DNA of 64,000 nucleotides from Prorocentrum cordatum (lineage: Eukaryota), in NCBI GenBank assembly GCA_963575745.1, contig CAUYUJ010000183.1, positions 1-64,000 of the forward strand. Direction: 5' to 3'. The translations under genes were made by a program, and so were the position numbers. The stretch's first letter is position 1. Every line of letters begins with the position of its first letter. Of the stretch, positions 26,420-38,292 are shown piece by piece. The notes beneath the pieces were generated by a model that saw only the letters and a program-made list of their open reading frames with translations, ran no database searches and was not told where the DNA came from.

Positions 26420-26695
26420 CTGACAAGTGTAACAAACAAAAGTGCGATGCAAAAGTGTTATGAAAAAACAAGTGTGCGAACAGACAAAAAACTTTGGCAA
26501 AAACGTGTGATACCACAGCGTGATGAACAGGTGTGATAAAAACGAGTGTGATACAAAAGCAGGTGTGATAAACAAACAAGTGTAATAAACCATCAAGTGT
26601 GATCACACTTGTTTTTTGTCACACTTCTGTTTATCACGCTTGCTTCTTCTTTACCACACTTGTTCTTTATCACACTTATCACACTTGTTCGGAGG
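26420..26695. repeat. AT-rich foldback of GTGTGATAAA-like units centred on the 18-bp palindrome CAAGTGTGATCACACTTG (26594-26611)
   Basis: Left-arm motifs GTGTGATA(A); right-arm motifs TTATCACAC. Confidence 0.75.
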
Positions 26696-29179
26696 TCGAA
26701 TTCTCCGAAGAAGACACAGAGGGCGCCTCAGAAGGCCGTAGAGCCTCCGAGAAGCCCCGTCGCCTCTTCAGGAGGCCTGCCCGCTCTGCCTTTCCCCCCG
26801 AGCGCACCGCCTCTCCTGGCGGAGCGCACGACCTGGACGTCCGACGTCTGAAGCAGCTCTCCATCCCGAAGACCGAGGATGAAGGAACCAAGCCCGAACG
26901 AGATTCGAAGATCGAGGATCGAGCATCCCGAAGATCGAGGATCGAGGAGCGAAGATCCGGGTTCGACATCTGGCCGAGATTCTCCACCCCGAAGGCCGAA
27001 CATCGAGGTGCTGCGTGTAACATTCTTAGCAGGTCGTATGTGGGCCTCCTCGCGGCGACGGGGCTGGGTCCGCCTCGACCTCCGTTTGCCGGAACGCACC
27101 CCTGGGCAGGTCGAGAGGAGCGAGGACTTTTGAGAGGAGTAGGAGGAGAGGAGGAGGAGGAGGAGGAGGAGGAGGAGGAGGAGGAGGAGGAGGAGGAGGA
27201 GGAGAGGAGGAGGAGGAGGAAGAGGAGGAGGAGGAGAGAAGGAGGAGGAGGAGGAGGGGGGGGGGGAAGGAGGAGGGAGGAGGGAGGGAGGGAGGAGGAG
27301 GAGGAGGAGGAGGAGGAGGAGGAGGAGGAGGAGGAGGAGGAGGAGGGAGGAGGAGAATGGGAGAATGAGGAGGAGGAGGAGGAGGAGGAGGGGGGGAGGA
27401 GGAGGGGAGGAGGAGGAGGAGGAGGAGGAGGAGGAGAGGAGGGGGAGGAGGAGGCGCCTCGAGAGAATCGAAGCGTAGATCTTTGCGCCGTCTCCGGCCC
27501 CTTGGACCCCGTCGCCAAGAAACGTCTGTACATGGAGGGCAGGCCCGAAGGAGAGGGTCGACATGTCCAGGGGCCCCATACCAAACAGATCCAATGCATC
27601 GGATCTCTGGGAAGAGTGCAGGCTCTTCCTCTTGGAAGGGGCCGGATACTTCTGAGAGGGCTTCTCGGGAGGCGGGGGGACTCCTAGGGAGCCTGGCTTC
27701 TTAGAAGGCCTCCCTCCCTCCTTTTCTTTGAGAGAGCGAAAAAACAAGGTCTGAACACATGACCCAGACCTCATCGGGGATCTGGGTTTACTGCGGAGGA
27801 GTAGAAGCCCCCTCAAACCCATTCGAACCACCAAACAAACAAACCCACACACACACACAGATGCATCACGAGCCACGAGGCCATCGAAAAAAAACATAAC
27901 AGCTGACCGGACCGTGTAGAACATTCCTCCTACTTCTCCTCCTCCTTCTTCTGCTCCTCCTCCTCCTCCTCCCTTTACTCCTCCTCGTCTTCTTCCTCCG
28001 ATGTCGCCGACGTCGCCGACGGCGGCGACCGCGATGATGGCGACGACGACGACGAGGCGACGGCAAAGACGACGGCGGCGACGACGACGGCGGCAGCAAA
28101 CTCGACGGCGGCGACGACGATGCGGGCGACGGCGGCGACGACAGCGGCGACGACACGGTGGCGATGACGGCGGCGATGACGGCGGCGGCGACGGCGGCCG
28201 ATGCCCTGAGAGGGCCTCGAGCTCGCCTCGCAGGCTGCGCCGCAATCGCCGTACGCCTCCGCTCCCAGTCCCGGCCGAAGGTGGGTGTGGGCCGCGAACC
28301 CTGTGCTCCTGCAAGGCTTTTGGGCCTCAGCCCTCCTATGTCCATCAAGGTATTCCCGCCTGTTGCGAGAGACACGCCAGGCTGACACCCCTGACCTGAC
28401 ATGCGTAGCTTATCACGGCCCGCCTCCTGGTGGGAAGGAAGGGGGAGCCGTGCGACATGCGGGGGTGCGAGTAGGATTCGGTCGGGCATGTTCTTCTACA
28501 GGCGGATGTTCAAAGATTTTGTTTTCAAAAAATATCCAACAATCCTTCAAACATGGCAAAACATATGGTTACAGCAATCGTCCCCGGAGTATTTGTTATG
28601 CTATGTTTGAAGATTCCTCCTGCAGAGGGACAGGCCCGGCTTAAGAGTAGGAGGGAGGAGTGGGGAGGCGGGCAGCAGCCCGGGGAGAAGGAGGACGAGC
28701 AGGAGAGGACGCCGGGTGGCCGACCTCGGCGCGCTGGAGAAGTCAGCGCGCCGCCCCGCTGAAAGCAAATGCCACCCCGCGAGCCGAAGGGTACTCTTGG
28801 CAGGGGACGTGCCGACCCCTATACCAGGCTTCGTGGGTTTTCGAATGGACCAGGAATTCAAATCGGGGGTGGGGGGTGCAAAGATCGCCTGGCGAGGGCG
28901 CCTCGCGCCTACGCTCGCCGGCACCGTCGCCAGGTCGTGCGCGAAAGCGCGGTCGCGTAGCTGGCGCAACGCTGGGTCGAGTCTCCAGGGGAGAGGTCGC
29001 GCGAACATGGATTAGCGACCAATCGATTTGACGCGCGGTCGCCAAATGCATGGATCGGGGGAGGTGCAATCCGGGCCGCCTCTTTCGGCGGCGGATATAC
29101 GCGCCTTGCCATGGGAAGGGGACCAATCGCTAATCCACGCCCCCTTGGTCCATCTTCGCGATCGCCTGACTGAGGGAGA

Positions 29180-29800
29180 GGTCCAGACAAGCGGCACAGA
29201 GCAAAGGCGATAACGCCTTTCCGGATCCCCCTGGTCAGCGCGGAATCCCCACATCGTGCCCCCGCCCAAGAAGTCTCGGGATACTTGCTCGCGTACAGGG
29301 CCCTGATGAAGTTGATCAACAAAAACGGCCATCCCAGTTGTTGGACGAACACGATGGAGAGCTGCTGCTCAATGGAGGGAAGGCTGCGGCAGATGCAAAG
29401 AAAAATGCCAAGCCCCCTGTGCCTGCAGCCGCGCAGCGAAGCATCCCCTCTTCAATGTCCACGATGTTGCTGAGCATCGAGCGCCCGCGAATGAAGCCCT
29501 TCTGCTCCTCGGTGATGAGAGGGCCGAGGGTTGGCTCCAACAGCCATCGGCAAGCGCTGGCCATTAGCATGGTGTCGGTGTTGGTAATGCTGAGCGGCCG
29601 CGCGCAATCCACGGCGTGGGGCGCTGTCCAATGTTCGATCTCCCCGCTGGGCTGCGTCGGGAAGCAGACCAACGGGCTGGAGCTGAAGTCCGCCTAAAGC
29701 TCAGGCAGCGCGCTGGCGCCGTTCACGCCACAGATCTCCAAGTTCGCGCCGTGTTGCATAGGGGATGCCGCCGGCGCCAGGGGCCAAATGGTTCGATCGC
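29180..29800 (-). mobile_element. Decayed non-LTR retrotransposon reverse transcriptase fragment (L1/Tx1-like motifs)
   Basis: Minus-strand motifs across frameshifts: PGAGGIPY (PGPDG-like), RPLSITNTD, EQKGFIRGRSMLSNI, FAAAFPSIE, TRGIR. Confidence 0.8.
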
Positions 29801-29844
29801 TGCAGGGCTTGCTGGATGCGACGTCGTTTGATCCGAAGCTCCTG

Positions 29845-30026
29845 AAGTTTCGGGGATGGACAGACCCCCCTTTAGTAAAACGTGGTTTGGTGAAAACGAC
29901 CCGAGGCCCAAACCTGGCGGGCGCAAGCCTGGAAAATAACGGCCACGGCGCCCTCTCGAAAACCGAAAACGGACAATTCACTAATCGACGTGTCGCTGTT
30001 GGGGGTTCTGTCCACCCCCGAAAGTT
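29845..30026. mobile_element. MITE-like insertion with ~26-bp TIRs inside the decayed LINE region
   Basis: AAGTTTCGGGGATGGACAGACCCCCC versus reverse complement of the right end AACTTTCGGGGGTGGACAGAACCCCC. Confidence 0.7.
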
Positions 30027-31689
30027 GCTGGTGGGAGGGGCCGTGGGCATCTCGGTCAAGCGTCAAGCCCCTCGTCCTGCAGCCCCTCCCGCAGCAACGC
30101 CCCGCCGACTCCCCTGGCGGTGGCGCCTGCGCGATCGCCCCAGGCATCAGGGAGGTGCTCGCCCCGGGCCGACCGCGCCGCCCTGAGCGACAAGGCCTGC
30201 CATGGGAGGAGGCAGTGAACAGAACTGCGTACCCCAGATTTCGTGATAAAAGGGAGGGGGTCACAACCCTCCCAGACGAGACGTTTTAGACCCCCCCAGA
30301 CGATCCATGACAGGGCGGCCCTTTGCCCAGACCCCCCCCGAACCTTCCAAGACAGCTCAAATTAGACCCCCCCCCGAATGTGATCCCCCCACTTTGTTAT
30401 GGAATCCGGAGTAGCTTTCCACCTTCGCCTCAAGGCAAGGTCGCGGGCGCCCTCCTGGAAGTCGGGGCGCGTCGCGTTTAGCCCGTCCACCGCGCGCTCT
30501 CTGGCCACCTCGATAGCGCGATCGCGAAAAGGCCTGAGCCATCTCGTAGTGTGCGCTTGCTTGTCGTACGGGTTAGCCAGCAACGCCCCCAGGGAGGGGT
30601 ACCGCTCCAGGAAAGCTGAAATTGTGGCTCCGGCCTCCGCTGCCCGACGGAAACGTGTCGTGATGCACAGGCGGGCCACGAGGCTCGCGGCTGGCGTCGT
30701 CTGAGAAGGGCCCTTCAAAATGCTGGCGGCGACCTCCCGCGTGGATTCAAAAGTTCGATGCGGCAGATGGCCGTGCCCCTCTCCAGCTCAGCCCGCCAGC
30801 GATCGAAGCGAGCAGCCGAACCCTGCGCGCGAAGCCCGGTGGCCGGACCTGCGCGTCCGTGCGCGGCCGCTCCTGCTGCGGGAGGTGCTGAGGCTAACGC
30901 CCCAAGACAGCGCGGCCCTGTGGCGGCCCTGTGGTCCGAGGCCTCTTTGAGCAGGGGTCGACCGTCCCGGCGTTCCTAGAGTCCTACCACGCAATGCTCT
31001 TAGAACCCAGGAAGGTTATGATAACGAAAGCAATGCTCTCAGAACGTGGGCCCCATGTGTCAAAACAGGGCAGCCCCAGCCAGAAAGCCGTTCTATGAAC
31101 AGGTCGTGGACGCCACGGAAGGCTCTCAGAACACTACCTCGGTGGGCTTGCAGGCATGCCAGCACGCCTCGCCACTGCCTGACCTCTGGCTTCCGCTCCC
31201 ATCGGGGAGACGTAAGACCCGGTTACGGGGGACTCGGAAATCCCCGACGAGGTCGTCAACAAAAATGACGAGGCCGAGCCTGCATTTTGACGAGGCCTCC
31301 CGCTGCAGACATCCAACGAAACTCCTACTCGTCAAAATCCGAGTCGCGGTCGTCAAAAAACGATGGCGAACCCGGGTCTTACGCTCCCCCGATCCCAGGC
31401 CGCCGCCCTCCCCTCTCTGTCCAGCTGCTCCGCGGCGGGCCGGCTGCCGCAGGTGCGGTGCCCAGGCGCGGCCTCGCGCCAGCCGACGCGAAGGCCATCT
31501 CCAGTCGGTGTTCGCTCCGGCATGTCCTCCTGCAGGCGGCTTTCCGAGGACCAATAAAAAAAAGAATACTCAAAGCAGAATCCCAAATGGCCACGAATAG
31601 TCCAAACCTCGCCCCCCGACTCTTTTGTCATCATTCTTGAACGTTCCTCCCGGAGAGGGACAGGCCCACCTTTTAAAGTTGGTGCATCT

Positions 31690-32335
31690 CCTGCATGGCC
31701 CGGCGCCTGCCGAGGACTTCCTGGAAGTGCGCCTCGTCGTGCTCTGGTCGCGGCGCCGACCGCCACGCGCCGCAGTGGAGCAGGAGCCACGGTCGGCGTC
31801 CACCGTGGCCCAGCGTATAGGTCACCTCCGAGGAGCGCCGGGGCAGCGACCTCGCCACGGGTGAACTTACCCGACCGCGGGCGCATGATCTCTCTCTTGT
31901 GGCCCGGAAGGTGCGGCAGCGCTGCGCCTGCTCCGCGGTAGGCTCACAGCGGTCCATCTCCTGCACCTCCGCGCCCCACTGGAAGAAGCAAGCAGTGAGG
32001 TCGAAACTGCCGAGGGGGCCCGCTAGCTCCAGCCGGGCAACGCGAACAAGCCAGAGAATCTTCCACGCGACCTCCGTGAACCTGCTCAGCAAGCTCTGCT
32101 TGACAACTATCCCCACGCCCGCACGTGGCCCGCTGGGTTCGGGCGACCACCACGCAGAGGTTCCACATGGGGGAAGTCCACGCGGCATGCTGTCCAACAC
32201 TGCCGTGGGCCTCCATGGTCAGCACCACATCACAGCGGGTCAGCAGCGTCGCCAAGTGGGCAACCTTCTTCTTGCGACGGTGCTCACTCATTGGCGAAAA
32301 AGGCCTTCGCATTCCAAGTGATGATTGCTGGGTCA
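31690..32335 (-). mobile_element. Decayed APE-type endonuclease fragment, probably of the same old LINE
   Basis: Minus-strand motifs ITWNAKAF, DVVLTMEAHG, RAGVGIVVK and LLGGDL (GDFN-like) in collinear order with frameshifts. Confidence 0.7.
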
Positions 32336-33929
32336 ACCCGGTATTGGCCGGGCTGCGCCAACTGCAAAACAGGCGCGGAAGCGGTCAGAGTGCGGGCAAG
32401 CGGAGGGATGCGAGCGCGCCCAAGTAGGCCCAAGGCTCGGTAGAGCCGCTGACGCCGATAAACTTCGAAGCGGAGCGTCGTCCAGGCAGGAGCCCTGTTC
32501 CTGCTCCTGTTGCTCCTCGTCCGCATACGCATCCTCTTGTTGCTCCTCCGCGCCGTCCTGACCATCCACCTCTGACTCATCATCCTCCTCCTCCTCCGCC
32601 TCGGCGTGGCCTCGTCCTCGCCTTCATCATCGAACTCCTTTTCCTCCCTTTTTTCCTCCTCCTGCTCCTTCTCCTCCTCCTCCTCCTCCTCCTGCTCCTC
32701 CTCCTGGTCTGCCTCGCGGACTCTCTCCCCGCGCACCGTCCTCACGCCCGCGCATCCTCGTCGTCGCTGCCGGCATGGCAACCGTCGTTGTTCTCCTCCT
32801 CCTCCTCGCCCCTCCTCGGCCTCCTCCTCCTCCTCCTCGCCCCGCCTCCCGACGCTGTCCCTTTCCCCGCAGGGGCAGGATCCCACACCGTCCTGACATC
32901 ATGAGGCACGGCAAGGGGGGCAAACATTCTAGGCCTGCGTCGTGGAGGTAAGGGGGACTCCTCGCCCTTCGGAATGCTGCCGCGGGCAAAGAAGGTCTGC
33001 GCATGGATCTTACATGACAGAAACATGAGGATGTGGCGCGAGGGCATGAACGCAAACCACTCTTGGAACAAACATCGGCAACTGCAAATAATGTTCGTTG
33101 TTCCTTGCAAATTGCTCATTCCATATTTTCACCCTGCTCACCATTCTGTTAGAATCGTGCGACGCTTCTATGTGCGCATGTGCGAGAGATGGCCAGATCT
33201 GTGAGGGGGAGGAGGAGCGGGAGGAGGAGGGGGAGGAGGAGGAGGAGGAGGCGGAGGAGGAGACGCTGGAGAGGAGGAGGAGGGAGGAGGAGGAGGAGGA
33301 GGAGGAGGAGAGGAGGAGCGGGGAGGAGGAGGAAGGAGAGGAGGCGGAGGGGGAGGAGGGGGAGAGGAGGAGGAGGAGGAGGAGAGGAGGAGGAGTGGAG
33401 GAGGAGGAGGAGGAGGGGAGAGGATGAGGAGGCGGAGGAGACGGAGGAGGAGGAGGGGGAGGGGGAGAAGGCGGAGGAGGAGGAGGAGGGGGAGGAGGAG
33501 TATTTCGTAGAGCGAGGCGCCAAACAGCCGATGCGAGCTTAGGCTGCTCCGAGCCTGCGAGGGGCGCGCCTTGGCGGCCCAGCCCTCCAACAGACCGATG
33601 CCAGACTTCTGACGGCCTCTCTGCGGGACCTGGGACCGGCCCACGACACAGGTCGAGAGGGAGGAAACACGCCTGAGCCAGAAGACCCACTACTCGGGGA
33701 GACGTAAGACTCGGGTACGAGGGACTCGGGTTGGCCTGAAGGGGCCATCATAAGAGATGGCGAGACCCAATCTGAAATGTGAAGCGAACTCCCGCTGCAA
33801 ACATCCCACGAAAGCTGGACCGTCAAAATCCAGGACGCGCTCGTCAACACATGTCGGCTAACCCGAGTTCTGGCTTTGTCGAATCTAACGTTTCCGAAAA
33901 CTACGCCCGAACAAATCTCTTCGGCGCCT

Positions 33930-34162
33930 CGATGATAAGAAGAGCCGGCATGGAAGGATCAGAAGGCAAGGTGGCTAGGAACGCCCGGCTGCCACGAACA
34001 CAGCTGTCCCTGTGGTAACTTTCCTGACACCCCTGGCTGAAAGGACATCGCATACTTAACGGATCCACAGGCTACAGGCCCACAGCTTGCATTCGCACTG
34101 AAACAATAAGAACCACGCAAACGTTTTCACCCTTGTTCGTTCGCATGAGGCTTCTGCTCTTC
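33930..34162 (-). pseudogene. Degenerate large-subunit (28S) rRNA fragment, domain V region
   Basis: Plus strand resembles the reverse complement of conserved eukaryotic LSU: ATGATAGGAAGAGCCGACATCGAAGGATCA...GGCTGCCACAAGCCAGTTATCCCTGTGGTAACTTTTCTGACACC...CACTGAAAAT, with many substitutions; no flanking rDNA. Confidence 0.8.
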
Positions 34163-36590
34163 TTGGGGTGCCGCCCCACCCCGCGCCGCAGACGCCATCG
34201 GGCCGGCGCGCCAACCCCGCCGCGAGGAGCTCGAGCCCGGGCTGACGCGGCTGCACTCTGCGTCCCTCGCCCCCTCCCCCCCCCTCACGCCCTCACGTAG
34301 CCATAAACATCCTGCGCCTCGGCAGAAAAACAGAGCGGCGGGTTTGTCATCGCCGTGTTCGTCCTCTGGGCTCTGGAGGTCGGTTTCCGGCCCCGAGGCC
34401 CCCTCGGGGTCGCCCCCACCTCCCCCTCCCTCTGCTCCTCCCCCTCCTCCCCCTTCCTCTCCTCCCCCTATCCCCCGTTCCTCCGCCATTTTGTGATTGC
34501 ACATGACACAATGTGATGTTTTGGTTGAAGCTCCAGGTCCGCTATGACACGCGTCCGCGGAGAGAGAAACTTCAGCGCAATGGGAAGGGATGTGTGGGGC
34601 GGGGTAAGATGTCAGATATGGCGCTGTGCTGCCCCCCCCCCCCACACCCCTTTCCTCCACCTCCCTCCGCCATCCCCTGGGATCCGACGTGCGAGCGTGT
34701 CATGGCTGGAGACCTGCGCGCCGTCTTTCTGTATCATTTTTAGAGCCGCGGCAACACGTGTGTGCCCCGGACCCGAGACCGGGCGAACCCGTCTGGCGTG
34801 AAGGAACTGCACCGCCTGGATCTCAGGGACCCTCCTCCTACCGGACCCCCCCTCTCCCGGTATGCCATGCCCCATGTGCGCGAAAGGCCACACGCGACCA
34901 GCGTCCCCAGACCCCCAACGTCATCTTCTTCTCACGGAGTATACGCCACCACCTCCTCTACCCTCCTCTTCCCCTCCTTCCTCTTGAGGGAGGGATGGGG
35001 CGAGGGAGGTGGTGGTGGTGGTGTATATTTTTGGGCCCCGATGTGAGGGCCCTCAGAGGCCGGAAGCAGCAACACATCGGAAGGGCTAGGACGAGGATAA
35101 ATCCGTTCCAGAGCGTTCGGGCACGCTCTCTGAAGAATTCCGAACGCTCTGAGAATGCCGCGCAGCCCAATACATCCTCCTGAGCCGCAGGATCTGAGAG
35201 CATCTCGATTCATAAAATCTCGAATGTGTCCTCGTCCTGGCCTCGTTTTCACACACACACACACTCCTGAATGGTTCAAGGCTCGAGGTCCGCCGCGAAA
35301 AGACGTACACAGGCACCCTCCGACGAATTTCGCATGTACCTCCAGTGGGGGCGGCGGTGTATGAAGTCGCTGGCTCTCAATGGTGATGAATCTATACACT
35401 GCCAACCTCCCCTTGAAGCCCAGGAACAATCCATTCGAGGGCATCTGTGTGTATATAGATGTATACATACATACATATACGTGGCGGGCGAGGGGTCAGG
35501 GGTCAGAGGTCCGCCGCTCCCGAGGCCGCCTCCGGCAGGCTCCGCTTTGATCGAGGACGGCGGCCGACCCCCGCAGCCCCCCGCGGGCTGTTGCCCGGGC
35601 CACGCGGGCTGTGGCGGCCAGGCGATCGCCGAGGCAAGACGAGGCCGAGGCGGCGACAACATCTGGGGCACCCGTCTTCGCGCTGCGCGCTCCGCGAGGC
35701 GCGATTCCCTTGGCGCTGCCGCGCCGCCCCCCCGGTGGAGCAGCATGAGGGCCTCGCGCCTCGCCCTGCCATCGCCCAGAGCGCGAGTCGCGAAGCGCGG
35801 CAAGCTTCTGACCTTCGTGGTGGCCCTCGTAGATCGGCGATCCCTGGGATTTCGGCAGCTCTGGAGGATGTGTCGGGCGCCGCGGCCCTTCCAGAGCGCT
35901 GCGGAAGGCACTGAGAGCGTCCCGGAGCGCTCTGGAACGGTGCAACCTGGGAGTCCCAGCCCCGCCCGCATCTCGGGATCATCAGTCAACACCGAATCGG
36001 GAAACGGGATATCGCGTCGCAATGGGCGTCGGATCGGGCTGCATCGGCACGGAGTCCCAATGTCGAGTCGGATTGGCTGCCCCAGGGTGCACAGCAGCGC
36101 CATGCAGGCATCGGGACACATCGGACCGCCGGAGATCGGCAGCGTCCAAGAGGGAGGTGTCCAAGAGGGGTGTGTGCGCAAATCATGGCCCGAGGCATGT
36201 GCGCAGACCAGTGGGAGCCAGGGAACGAAGTGGAAGAAGAAGAGGCGCCATGAAATCTAGGGAGATATCATGGCTTGGCCCCCGCCACGATATCCCCCCC
36301 CCTAGTCATCCCCCCCTCCTTGCCCCCCCCCCTCCCCGAGGAGAACTCCCAGCAACAGCTGGCCTTGCTCGACGATATCGAATCGGATCGATCACACCTC
36401 GAAGTGAATGCTGCGATCACCCTGCCCCGGCTGCGCGCACCAACGGGATGCGTGCGCGGGGTGTTTTTTTGTTTTCGTTTTACTCCCGTGCGTGGTGACC
36501 GCAGTGCCATCGGGTGCCTACGCAGGCCGGCGAGGGGGAGGGGAACGAGAGAGCGAGAGAGGAGGAGGACGGGAAGAGAGAGCGCGAGGA

Positions 36591-36608
36591 GGAGGAAGGG
36601 AGGAGGAG
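36591..36608. repeat. Candidate target-site duplication (3' side) of the atpC retrocopy
   Basis: GGAGGAAGGGAGGAGGAG, identical to 38341-38358, which abuts and overlaps the SL; low complexity lowers certainty. Confidence 0.6.
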
Positions 36609-36871
36609 CGCAGCACAGGGCCCCTTACACACGGCCCGAGGAGACAGAGCCCCTCCGACTTCTGGTGACCACCGCTCGTCCACTGCACGCTAGCATAAAA
36701 ATCCCCTTGCACGGTCACGCCGAGACGAGCTTCCTGCAGTCACTGCAGAACTGCGTAGGCCATCCCAGTGCCTCCCAGGGCCTCCCCCCTGCCGAGGTGG
36801 AGGAGCGATTAGATCAAACAAAGACAGCAGAATACACCCTCTTGTGAATCCTGCACCCGGAGCGCGGACGC

Positions 36872-36952
36872 TCACTTGAGCGTCTCCCCGGTGAACCTCC
36901 AAATTGTGCTGTCGGCGTCAAGGATTGGGGGGGTCCGGAATGCCGAACTCCT
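36872..36952 (-). pseudogene. Degenerate tandem duplicate of the last ~27 codons and stop of atpC
   Basis: Reads EFGIPDPPN/fs/LDADSTIWRFTGETLK* versus the genuine EDGSIPDAPVSPDLDSDIRMFTGDTLK*. Confidence 0.75.
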
Positions 36953-36974
36953 GGACGCTCTAGCGCCCGCGCGC

Positions 36975-38243
36975 TCACTTGAGCGTGTCGCCCGTGAACA
37001 TCCTGATGTCGCTGTCGAGGTCCGGGCTCACGGGAGCATCCGGGATGGAGCCGTCCTCCAGCTCCGTCATGAAGTCCGCGCCCACGGTGTCCTCGTTGTC
37101 GAACTCGCCCAGCATGGTTCCGCTGCGCGTGCCCTTCTGCTCGACGCAGAGGCATCCGGCGGTGATCTCGCAGAGCTCCTGGGTGATGGCGGCCTGGCGC
37201 TTCTTGTTGTAGAGGATGGTGAGCCTCTCCCCGAGGTCTTTTGCGTTGTCCGTGGCCGCCTTCATCGCGGTCATGCGGGACCCGAGCTCGGAGGCCTGGG
37301 CGTCAAACAACATGGAGAGCAGCTGCGAATTCAGGTACAGCGGCAGCATGGAATTCAGGATAACCTCCGGGGGCTGGTCGAAGATCACGTCAGACTCGAT
37401 CTCCTTGGCATCCACCTTCTTCACCTTCTCCTTCTTCACGGACAATTTGCCGTCCTCGGAGGTAAGGGCGAAGGTCTCGTCGTCAGGATCCTCGATACCA
37501 GTGGGGCTCAGCGGCAGCACGGTGCGGACCTGCGGTTCGTTCAACAGCAGGTTAATGAACTTGGCGTAGATAACCTCCACCTTGTCCACCTCTCCCGACA
37601 GGAAGAGGTTCCTGAGCTCGTCGCCAATTTCAGCGATCGCGGCGGACGTAATGGAGTCAGGCATTCTGATGAAAGTCCCGGTGTAGTTCAGCTTCACCTC
37701 CTTCAGCTTGGTGTTCAGACCAGACAAAGCCTTTTTGCCGACGATGATCATCTTCGGCACGATACCCTCCTTGTTCAGGTCCTCAATGCGAGCAGCCGCC
37801 TTTTTCATGATCCTTGCGTTGTAGCCGCCGCAGAGGCCGCGATCGGATGTGATGAGAACGATGCCGACGTTGCTGACCTTCTCGGGCACGCGCAGCATCG
37901 GCAGCTCCGACTCCAGGCCGCTGCCCTTCAGCCTCTTGACCAAGCCCTTGATCATGGAGGACAGCTCGTCGCTGAATGGCCTTGCCTTCTCAACGCCAGC
38001 CTGCGCGCGGCGCACCTTGGCGGCGGCGACGAGGCGCATGGCCTCTGTGAGCTTGCCCGTCTTCGCAACGGACGCGATGCGCTCCTTCATCGCCTTGTCG
38101 ACGGCATTGGTCTGCACAATCGGCTTGCGACCTGCCCTTGCGGCTGTGCTGCCCACAAAGCCCGTGATGTCGCGGAAGTGCCAAAGCGAGGCGAGCAGCA
38201 GGCAGCCTGCAAGGGCGATCGCGGCGGATCCTCTGCGAGCCAT
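36975..38243 (-). CDS. atpC: Chloroplast CF1 ATP synthase gamma subunit, nuclear-encoded, plastid-targeted, intronless retrogene (422 aa)
   Basis: Motifs KERIASV..TGKLTEAMRLVAAAKVRRAQ, ITSDRGLCGGYN, LPLSPTG..DDETFALTSEDGKL (plastid/cyanobacterial insert), ASELGSRMTAMKAATDNA and YNKKRQAAITQE. N-terminal signal peptide followed by an FVG-type transit motif. ATG at 38243 lies ~50 nt downstream of the SL relics. Confidence 0.96.
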   Translation of the reverse strand: MARRGSAAIALAGCLLLASLWHFRDITGFVGSTAARAGRKPIVQTNAVDKAMKERIASVAKTGKLTEAMRLVAAAKVRRAQAGVEKARPFSDELSSMIKGLVKRLKGSGLESELPMLRVPEKVSNVGIVLITSDRGLCGGYNARIMKKAAARIEDLNKEGIVPKMIIVGKKALSGLNTKLKEVKLNYTGTFIRMPDSITSAAIAEIGDELRNLFLSGEVDKVEVIYAKFINLLLNEPQVRTVLPLSPTGIEDPDDETFALTSEDGKLSVKKEKVKKVDAKEIESDVIFDQPPEVILNSMLPLYLNSQLLSMLFDAQASELGSRMTAMKAATDNAKDLGERLTILYNKKRQAAITQELCEITAGCLCVEQKGTRSGTMLGEFDNEDTVGADFMTELEDGSIPDAPVSPDLDSDIRMFTGDTLK

Positions 38244-38292
38244 GACGCAACGAAGTCGAGCGGATCGCGGGTCGACCCTGAAACCCCGTGGT

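Noticed and set aside
30362..30718. Possible C-terminal piece of the decayed LINE
   Set aside because: Its position between the APE and RT fragments is inconsistent with a C-terminus and no diagnostic motif was seen.
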